The notes under the pieces: model-generated
Databases searched by the model: none
What the model was told of the DNA's origin: nothing
What the model saw: the letters and a program-made list of their open reading frames with translations, nothing else
Position numbers and translations under genes: made by a program
Part shown: positions 44,673 to 64,000 of the stretch, in pieces
Position numbering within the stretch: position 1 is the first letter of the stretch
Layout of the letters: the number at the start of each line of letters is the position of its first letter
NCBI RefSeq assembly: GCF_009914755.1
Contig: NC_060932.1
Source of the DNA: the human T2T-CHM13v2.0 reference genome, Homo sapiens
Strand: one strand, 5' to 3'
Length of the DNA stretch: 64,000 nucleotides

Positions 44673-45808
44673 TATATTAAACTTTTTAATGTGGATAGTT
44701 GGTCTTCCACAAAATAGAGAACCAGAGTACCTACTGAAAAATTAGAAGGCAGTGGAGGAAAAATCTAATAAGCTATCTTAATTTAGAAAAAGACAACTTC
44801 TGGCTGGACATGGTGGCTTATGTCTGTAATACCAGCACTTTGGGAGGCTGAGGAGGGAGGATGGGTTGAGACCAGGAGTGCTGACACCAGCCTGGGCATT
44901 ATTGCGAGAACCCATCTCTACAAAAAGTAAAATGAAATAAAAATATTTTAACAAACGAAAAAGATAACTTCAGTAGGAAAGGAAGTATATTAAGGATTGT
45001 TGTGCCAGGGCAATATAGAGAAACCCCATGTCAACAAAAAATAAAAAAATTAGCTGGACGTGGTTGCATGAGACTGTAGTCCTAGCTACTTAGGAGGCTG
45101 AGGTGCAAGGATTGCCTGAGCCCAGGAAGTCGAGGCTGCAGTGAGCTATGATTGTGCCACTACACTCCAGCCTGGGTAACAGAGCAAGACCCTGTCTCAA
45201 AAAAAGTGGATTTTATTCTTAAATGTTTTAATATTTAATATCGTACTTGTACATGTCTTTCTCATTTAACAAGTTAGAAATGCTAATAAGCTTTCTTAGC
45301 AACGGTTTTTATGTTATATTGCTGCTGTGGTGAGTTATTTTATGACTACTATTCAGAGGAATACTTATTTCCCTGTCTAGGCTACCAGACCAATTTCTGA
45401 GGCTAAAAGCAATTATGTCCAATCTGAATATCAACTTGTGCTCATCTATGCAAAGTATTTCTACAATGTCTGAATTGAATTGTTCTGTTCTTTCAGAGCA
45501 TTAAACATTTTCCTTGCCAATATGGAAGTGACGCTGAATTGGGAGATCTGTAGTCATTAAACATTCTTGATGGTTTTGCCAAGTGGACAGAAGGTCATTT
45601 GCTCTTGAGGAATTACCTGTTTCACCTGGTAAACCAGTGGGGGAGGGAAAGGGGCTTCTGTAAACACCTGGAGAAGAGCAGATAAGAGAATGTGCAGGTT
45701 GAAGTGTTTAATTTTTTTTGTCGTGAAATACTTGTATCCTTGATTGGTTGTTTTAAACGAGGATACAGAAATATCAATTTGGACCCTCAGTGATGTCACA
45801 ATATTCTA

Positions 45809-45940
<132 letters not shown>

Positions 45941-46439
45941 TCACTTGAGTTCAAGAGTTCAAGATCAGCCTTGCCAACATGGCGAAACCCCGTCTCTGCT
46001 AAAAATAGAAAAATTAGCCGGGCATGATGACGCACATCTGTAATCCCAGCTACTCAGTAGGCTGAGGCAGAAGAATCACTTGAACCCAAGAGGCAGTGAG
46101 CCGAGATCATACCATTATACTCCAGCCCAGGTGACAGAGTGAGATTTAAAAAAAAATTATTTTTCAAATTTTGAAGATGGGTCCTCATATTTTGCCCTGG
46201 CTTCTCTCAAACTCCTGGCCTCAAGCCATCCTCCTGTCTTGGCCTCCCAAAATGCAGGGATTATAGGTGTTTGCCACCATATCCTGGCCTCATTTATTTT
46301 TTAATTAGTAGGCTTTATTTTTTTGAGATGTAGTCGTGCTATGTTACCCAGCCTGGTCTCAGACTCCTGAACTCAAGCAATTCTCCTGCCTCAGCCTCTT
46401 GAGAAGTTTGGATTACAGGTGCATCTGCTATACTTGTAA

Positions 46440-48020
<1,581 letters not shown>

Positions 48021-48527
48021 TTTTTATATCTCACTGCAATTTTTGTGTTTAAGGCAGACTTTTTTCCAGGGGGAATGGTGAGGGAAAGCAGTGAGGCCTT
48101 GCATTTAAAAAAACAGTATGTGGAACTTGAATAATATGCAGTATTTCAAGGCATTTATGGAAGATGAAAGAAAATTATAGTGTGGTCTTTTTTTTTTTTT
48201 TTTTTTTTTTGGGCAAAGTCTCACTTTTGCTCAGGCTGGAGTGCATTGGTGCTGTAATGCTATCGTGGCTCACTGTGGCCTCAAACTCCTGCACCCTAGG
48301 CAAGTAGTTGGGACTGCAGGCCTGCATCACTGTGCCAGGCCAATGTTGTGTATTTCTAATGGAAGAGGACACTAAAACCCAAGTTGTAGAGTCACAAAGT
48401 CTGAGCTGAGTATACCCTGCTACACAGCAGCTTTGCTTTCCTGGGAGTTACTTGTGTCTACCGAGCCAAACTTTAATCTTGAGTATTCCAAAATGAAAGC
48501 TTTGTAAGTGAAGTGCTATGTAAATGA

Positions 48528-48854
<327 letters not shown>

Positions 48855-50955
48855 TGACCAGGAATTGAGTGTAGTTCTGGTTCTTATTTTTGGCACTTCT
48901 TTCCCTCTTTTGTCTTTGTATTTGTTCTAAAACGCCTTTTTTTTTTTTTTTTTTTTTTTTGACAGAGTTTCTGTCTTGCCCATGCTGGAGTGCAGTGCGC
49001 AATCTTGGTTCACTGCAACCTTCACCTTCTGGGTTCAAGCAATTCTCCTGTCTCAGCCTCCCAAGTAGGTGAGATTACAGGCATGTGCCACCATGCCCAG
49101 CTAATTTTTGTATTTTTAGTAGGTACGGGGTTTCACCATGTTGGCGAGGCTGGTCTGGAACTCCTGACCTCAGGTGATCTGCCCTCCTCGGCTTCTCAAA
49201 GTGCTGGGATTACAGGCGTGAGCCACTGCGCCTGGCCCTCAACACATTTCTGATGTTGGTGTTAGGCCTTTGAGTTATTCCAGTTGCATTGTTGTCTGCT
49301 TTTGAATTATGTGATGCTAGCTGAGAAGACCTCATCTAGCAGGTAAACTGGATTGCATGTTGTAAGCTTTTTACTTAATCAAGTGAGGATGGTGAGGGTG
49401 TGAGATGATAGGGACGGGGGCTTCTGTGGTTTTTTTTTTTGAAATTATCTTAGATCCCTTACGGAAATTAATACTAGTTATCTCCTGCTGAAAGGACATT
49501 TGTGTAAATGGCTTCTTTTATTCATTTTCTTTTAAACCCATTTTTTTCCCCACTAATGTTGGATGGAATTACTTCCTGATTTCTTAACCTGCTTTTTGTT
49601 AGCTGTTTGTCAGGAACTTACTTATTCTCACTAATCAAGACTTCTAATATTGTGTTTACTTCCCTTTGCCAAGCATTTATTAAGATCTTATTTTTCTGAA
49701 AGTGTGGTAAGGAGGACAGGTGAAAAAAACTATCAATTGACTTCTTACTACATATGCCATGAACGGCTCAGTGGGGAGCTTTCATCCCCATTTTATCACT
49801 AGGGAAACTGAGGCTTAGAGGCTTTGTCTTTAAGTTATATGCTCTAGCATCCAACAATATACAAGGTGAAATATTTTAGAATGTATACAATCATTTGAGG
49901 CACGTTGGCTACCTCAAATAGGTTATCTCCCTTTTAAGTTAATATCCTGTGTTTCCTCGGCACATATCAAACCATTAAAGCAGTAAAGTTAATTTTGTAA
50001 AATATGTATTCCATGATAGGGTATTGCATTTGTATGTGCTGTTTGACGTGATTATGATTGCCATTTCACTAGGGCAAATTTCCATTATCAGGAAAAAAAA
50101 ATCACTAAACTGCTCATGCCTACCCATTCAAAGGTTATTAGGGTGTGTATATTTCATCACTTCTTGGGGGGTGTAAAGGATTTGGGTGTGTGTGCACATA
50201 TGTGTGCTCTATTATCAGTGTGTGACATTAGCCTGTTTTTCCTGTAGGTTACAATTGGGGATAATAGGATAGTAGTTAAGAACATGAACACTGGGGGCAA
50301 CTTATTTGAATCTTCAGCCTCAGATTCCCCATCTTAAAATGGGTAAGACTATTGTATAAGGATTAATGAGATAATGTGTGCTGCCACTTAGCTGGTGGTT
50401 GGCCTGCCCCACACTCTGCAATGTTGACTGATCCTGTGGACCCCACCAGGTTGTCGGGTGTCTCAGAACAGGAAAAACGGCTGGCAAGGGACTTTGAAAA
50501 GGACTTCCTTATTGTTTTAAAACCTTATGTAAACCATTTTACACATATAAATTTTTTTAACCTTATGTGAGACTAGAGGTAGACCTTTCAAAGCATCAGC
50601 TACATGTTAGTACAGGTAAACTTGAAGGTTAGGAGTTTATTCTAACAGTGAAATGAGCTGGGGCTTTATAATTGTACAAACCTTCCCTGCCCTGCTGTAA
50701 AGGTGAAGGCAAACACCGAATCCTCATTGGTACTTTTCTGTGTATGAAAGGGATATATATATATATAAAATCAAGTATACAGTTAAGCTGGACCAGTAGT
50801 TGACCTTGTTAGCTGGAGGTGGAAGGAATTATCTCTGGCATCACATTGGCATAACATGAGCCAAATCGGCATGGACACTGGCCTGTCATCTGCAGTGAGT
50901 GAAGTGACTAGAAATACTGCATATTCCTTGCCAGCCCTCAGACTGATGTTAATTA

Positions 50956-51150
<195 letters not shown>

Positions 51151-51732
51151 TCAGCTACTCAGGAGGCTGAGGCATGAGAATCGCTTGAACCTGGGTGGCG
51201 GAGGTTGCGGTGAGTCAAGATCGCACCATTTTACCCTAGCCTGGGCGACAGAGTGAGACTCCATCTCAAAAAAATAAAATATTTTACTTTTAAAATGGGA
51301 GTTTGGAAATTCCAAGTTAATCCTTTTGTTTTAGAAAGCTTCGGAAGACTTGTTACCAAGGAGTCTCCTTTTCCTAATTTGTTTATCCCATATAAATGTC
51401 TTTTTCCAAAGTAAAGTTTTTCATCTCCTTTGTTGAATGAGACCCTATCTCCATCTTCTTTCTTCTAGGGTATAATTGACTTACTAGGTTTGTTGGAAAT
51501 CCTTCTGTGTGACTCTTCAGTACAATAATATCTCCAAGAAGTAATATTTGTTAGGTAGGGATCTTATTTTTTACCCTCTAAGAGTAAGAGGCTGGGTGCA
51601 GTGGCTCATGCCTGTAATCTCACCACTTTGGGAAGCTAAGGCAAGAGGATCACTGGAGCCCAGAAGTTCAGGACCAGCCTAAGCAACACAGGGAGACCCT
51701 GTCTCTACAAAAATAAATCTAAAAATTAGCTA

Positions 51733-51867
<135 letters not shown>

Positions 51868-52633
51868 TCAAAAAAAAAAAAAAGAAAAAAAAAGTAAGCT
51901 GAGAAGTAAGGTTTAAAACTAAGGTTGTATTCAACCTGAGAAAGCTGGTTGGGAGAAGACAAAACTAGGGTTTTAAGTATGTGTGTATCTGTGTCTGTGA
52001 GGTTTTTTGGGTTTTGTGTGTGTGTGTGTGTGTGTGTGTTTTGTTTTGTTTTGTTTTGTTTTTTTTGATACGGCGTCTCACCCAGGCTGGGGTGCAGTGG
52101 TGCGATCTCAGCTCATTGTGACCTCTGCCTCCTGGGTTCAAAGGATTCTCATACCTCAGCCTCCCAAGTAACTGCTGGAATTACAGATGTGCATCACCAC
52201 ACCTGGTTAATTTTTGTATTTTACTTTTAGTTTCACCATGTTGGCCAGGCTGGTCTCAAACTCCTGGTGTCAAGTGATCCACCCGCCTCGGCCTCCCTAA
52301 ATGCTGGGATTACAGGGGTGAGCCACCACACTTGGCATCTTTTTTTTTTTTTTAATTTTATTTTTATATTTTTCACTCCTCTCAGCTCATACCTAGGTTT
52401 TAGATGTTTTTCCCCCGCATTTTATTGCTGGTGTTAAATAGTTTTGGTTGTCTTGACTTCTCATTGTATTTTCTTATGGTGACATTTTTTGTTTCCTTCA
52501 AAGCTCACTTTAAAATATATCAGGTTATATGTAGAACTTACATTTAAAATTATGCAACCAAACTGGGCACGGTGGCTCAGGCCTGTAATCCCAGCATTTT
52601 GGGAGGCTCAGGTGGGCAGATCACTTGAGCTCA

Positions 52634-52804
<171 letters not shown>

Positions 52805-52861
52805 TCACTCCAGCTTGGGCAACAGTGAGACCCTGTCTCGAAAAAATAAATTAGGCAGACA

Positions 52862-53406
<545 letters not shown>

Positions 53407-54413
53407 TGATCCGCCCACCTTGGCCTCTCAAAGTGCTGAGATTACAGGCGTGAGCCACCACGCCCGGCCCATAAAGGTAACTCTTTTAAGAGTAACATCT
53501 CTATCACATGATTTTAGAAAATTCAGTTTTTAGTTAGAAGACTAATAAACTTTTCTCTTTTTTTCTTGCTGTATTTTATCAGCTACTCCTTTGTTCATTA
53601 GCATAGGTATTATAAGTCTGGCAGCATGAAATTGTGTTACTATACAATAAATGAAAGTAAACAAAAGGAATGGATTTAATGTCTTGTGACATTTTTCTTA
53701 TGGCAAGGAAAAATGGCTTTCAGATGACACTTCAAATTGGAGTAATTATAAAATAGTTTAAACTTGTCTGAGTTAATGTATTACCTTATTAAAAACTTAG
53801 TTTAAAAAGATATTTACAAGTAAAAATTGGATGTTCTGAAACCAGATGTGACCATTTTTAGGTAATTGGGAAGGATAACTTTTTAAAGTAGATAAGCTAA
53901 TATTGATAAACCATAAAATTTCTCTCTGAATTATATCCTCAGCTAATGTAAGTGTGGATTAAATCCTCAAGCCTGTTTCACCGGTGGTGGTCATAAGGAA
54001 AGTGTCCCTCCTGTTAATATATAGACCAAGTCTCTCTAGACTCCTCTAACATGCATATAAAGTTTTACTTGCTCAGTTGCAGCCTGAAATGATGAGTTTT
54101 GTTCCCACTGCCTCTGCCTGTACCCTTCCTCATTTCCTTGAGGCATTTCTCATTTGTGAAGCTGGCTAAGCCTGTTTGTACTGTTGTGACTGCCTTGAGG
54201 GCAGAATGAGTAAGTTGCATGAGGAGCTATAAATTAGGAGGCACAGACTCATCTTTCCTTTCCTCAAGATCAGACGTGCAGCAAGTAATCCAATATATAC
54301 TTATAAATTGATAAGGGAAAGAATTGCTACTAAAACTTTTTTTCTCATTCCTCTCTGTTACTCGTTTTCAGTGATGCTAAGGATCATAGATTGAAGAAAC
54401 TGGCCTATTGAGG

Positions 54414-54414
<1 letters not shown>

Positions 54415-54457
<43 letters not shown>
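54415..54457 (+). repeat. (TG)n microsatellite; others at about 12574-12596 and 52016-52038
   Basis: Seen directly. Confidence 0.95.
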
Positions 54458-54459
<2 letters not shown>

Positions 54460-55803
54460 GGAGATGGCTTGGGCATTCAGGAGGTTGGGTGACTTTTACA
54501 AGTTGTTACACAGCTCAGCACCACTCATCCTGGTGTGACGCTGATCCTGGTGTGCGATGGCTCAAAGGGAGACATGTTGGGACGTGTTATGTGGCACCAA
54601 GGTAGTAGCCAAATGTCAAGAACATTTTCTGAGTTAAAAAGTAGAATTCATTAAAATGATTCTTCAGCTACAAGTCTATTTCTAACCAGGCAGGAATGCT
54701 TTACATTTTTACTTTTGATCTCTGTCTTCTTCAGTTGGCTTTTATCTATGAATTTATAAAACTTCTCTCACACTATTGCTCAATAGTCAAATCATAGCTT
54801 TCGTGTAATCCCACCTCCATTACCCATCAGCCAGGTGACTGGGTGAACTACTGAACATCACTCAATCCCAGTGGTTTGTTTGCGATGGAGTCTTGCTCTG
54901 TTACCCGGGCTGGAGTGCAGCGGCCATGATCTCGGTTCACTGCAACCTCTGCCTCCAGGGTTCAAGCGATTTTTGTGCCTCAGCCTCCTGAGTAGCTGGG
55001 ATTATAGGCGTCCGCCACCACATCCGGCTAATTTTTGTATTTTTAGTCGAGACAGGAGTTCACCATGTTGGCTAGGCTGATCTCGAACTCCTGACCTCCA
55101 AGTGATCCACCCACCTCGGCCTCCCAAAGTGCTGGGATTACAGGCGTGAGCCACCATGCCTAGCCTCACTAAATCTTAGTTCTACAACTGTTTGGTTTTG
55201 CTGTAATTTATCTGTCAGGGTTATTATGAGAATTGGAAGAAATAGGGAGTGGTTGGCACAAAATGGTGTCCAGTAAATGCCACCATTTAAGTCAGCAGAT
55301 CCTTGGAAGCTATAGAGATGTTGATAGGTGGAAAGAGATCAGAGGAAGATGGGGGCCTACACCCAGGAAATGTTACAACAGTCGAGAAAATAGCATAACA
55401 TTTTAGGAATAGTATCTAATGAACTCTTAAATTGATGATTGTGGCCTAGAACAGTTTTGGTGGGTCATTTGTGGCCTAATTTGGTTAGGGGATTAAGATA
55501 AGAGTGCTTTCCTTATAGGGTGGTACCTGAGCACTGTTGAGAAGGCTAGGTAATCCTGCCATTAATAGATGAGAGGAAAGCTTAATTTGAATGGAATATA
55601 CTTTTATACTCCTTTCAAGTCTAAATTTTCCCCATATTCTTTTTTGAGATTGATTGACAAACATTCCTGTGGCATCCTTTGTATCTGGCCATCTTTTTGC
55701 AATCTCCATTCTTCTGTAATAGGTCACAGGTCAATAACCGTTTGCTATAAGGGGCTAGAAAGTCAATGTTAGGTTTTGCGGAGCACATTAGGGTCTGCTC
55801 ACC

Positions 55804-58486
<2,683 letters not shown>

Positions 58487-59210
58487 TATTTGATGGAAAT
58501 ACATCCTTATTTTAGAGAGATTCGCAAAACTTCATGTGAATTCCTGGTTTCACCCTCAAACCAAGTTTGAGCTATGTGTTTCAAAGAGTATACTTTTGGT
58601 AAAGAAGCACATTGGCCTGTGTTGGCTCTGAGTGCTTGAATTGTTTCCAAAATTTGCTGTCTAGAACTAGCATCTGCTGTCATCAAAGGTGGACTATCCT
58701 ACAGGGCTCCAAAAGTGTTCTATAATAGAATTTCTAAGCAAAAGTGGCATTGTGGAAGTAATGTCACATCAATAATCTGTGGTGTCCATTTCAAACATTA
58801 GGCCAAAAAAAAAGTCATTTAATACCTTGTAGTGTTGATAATGTCACCATATCATGAAGTCGGCATGGTCATTGCCTTGTGTGTGCTGTAAAGATTCAGA
58901 GGATGAAATATTCTAATTAACTTTGTTGCATACTTTGATTCAAAATGAAATGAAAATGCTCAGTATTCATTTGCTACAACTGGGTAAATAAAAATTGTAT
59001 TCCTGGTAATATCTCAGCACTGGATTGATTTGCCTCTTTTACCCAAAAGGGCAGTTGGAGCCTAAGTTGAATGACTGACTGATGGGAGGCAGCCATTCTG
59101 AGATTTCTAAAGGAAGCTCAGCTAGATCCATCTTCTTCCTCTTGGCTTGGTATAGGTTTAATTTTGATTTAGAAGTAACCTGATTTTACCTTTCCAAAGT
59201 GTTTCCTTAA

Positions 59211-59420
<210 letters not shown>

Positions 59421-59452
59421 TAAAATGATGACTTTTATGTTCTCATTTTTAG

Positions 59453-61414
<1,962 letters not shown>

Positions 61415-61653
61415 TGAGCTAGCTGTGTTGGGCCTGCACAGGCAGCCATGTTTCTATAATGAACCACCTAAACAGTACTTTGAGTTGTACCCACATAATT
61501 TTTGAGGTTATAAAGAAAATCAAGTAGTATTGCTAGTCTGTCTGAACACCAAATAATACATCCTGTGTAACTAGGCAGTTGTCTTGCAGGGGGTAATAGG
61601 TGTCTGACTTGCTAGCATTTATGATGCAACCTGAAGTTTTGCTTCATCCACAG

Positions 61654-61764
61654 CAGCAAGATGGAACTTATTGATGATAACACCGTAGTCAGGGCACGAG
61701 GTTTACCATGGCAGTCTTCAGATCAAGATATTGCAAGATTCTTCAAAGGACTCAATATTGCCAA
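61654..61764 (+). CDS. ESRP1: ESRP1 exon 7 (111 nt, (C)[19 protein letters not shown]..., start of qRRM1)
   Basis: Acceptor catccaCAG|CAG (NAGNAG). Carries the hnRNP F/H-type VRARGLPW motif. Donor AA|GTTGGT. Confidence 0.97.
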
Positions 61765-61812
61765 GTTGGTTTTCTTAAATATCTATTTTACTTAACAATC
61801 CCAAAGGGATAA

Positions 61813-62049
<237 letters not shown>

Positions 62050-62110
62050 TGAATGAGAATTAACATAGGACGGAAGGCTCAGAAACACTAACTTCTCTGT
62101 CTTTTCTCAG

Positions 62111-62153
62111 GTTTACAAAGCAACAGGTGAAGATTTCCTTAAAATTGCTGGTG
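62111..62153 (+). CDS. ESRP1: ESRP1 exon 9 (43 nt, VYKATGEDFLKIAG)
   Basis: Acceptor cttttctcAG|GTT, donor GTG|GTAAGT. Later exons lie outside the window. Confidence 0.97.
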
Positions 62154-62419
62154 GTAAGTGCCTTTTACATAATGTGGCTTTAGTTAATAAGAATCTAAAA
62201 ATTTTGCATACTTAAATTTAGCAAGAGTAGGTGAATAGGGTCATGAATGGTTTTTATTTTCTAATGGAACATGGGAATAGATTTTCTTCCCCAGAGGTAG
62301 AAGCTTCCGATAATAACAGTGAGCTTAATGTATAACACTTGTCCTAAGGCTTGAGCCAACTTACTATAGTTAAATAGCCATTAAAAATAGTACTATACAA
62401 AGGTGAAAAGGTGATATGA

Positions 62420-64000
<1,581 letters not shown>

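Noticed and set aside
49580-49602. U12 branch-like TTTCTTAAC followed by AG (possible recursive site)
   Set aside because: Mismatch to TTCCTTAAC and no U12 donor regenerated after the AG; compatible with chance.

Overview
Human (primate) genomic DNA carrying the 5' part of ESRP1 (epithelial splicing regulatory protein 1, RBM35A) on the + strand. Coding exons 1-9 run from the ATG at 38256 to 62153 and cover c.1-931: the N-terminal DnaQ/ERI1-like domain and quasi-RRM1. The gene continues past the window end. Bases 1-35500 are a gene-free upstream region full of repeats. The whole window has about 80 full or partial Alus by my rough count, plus L1, L2, MIR, MaLR LTRs and MER5A. A CpG-island promoter spans about 35850-40130 and carries many ZEB/SNAIL-type E-boxes. 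Nearly all ORFs in the track are Alu, simple-repeat or GC-rich artefacts. No prokaryote-style system is present. The strongest signals are at the RNA-processing level: (1) intron 4 is a 16,003-nt U12-type (minor spliceosome) intron; (2) a consensus GAG|GTAAGT donor 82 nt into intron 1 would add a premature stop; (3) a back-spliced exon 7-9 circle (287 nt) holds a strong-Kozak ORF encoding a stand-alone 104-aa qRRM1 with a unique tail; (4) a piggyBac MER85 with its PGBD3-binding palindrome sits at the promoter edge; (5) a 7SL pseudogene abuts an AluY tail-to-tail; (6) a 92-bp locally templated insertion lies inside a Tigger1. Repeat subfamily names are from recalled consensus sequences and repeat boundaries are approximate.
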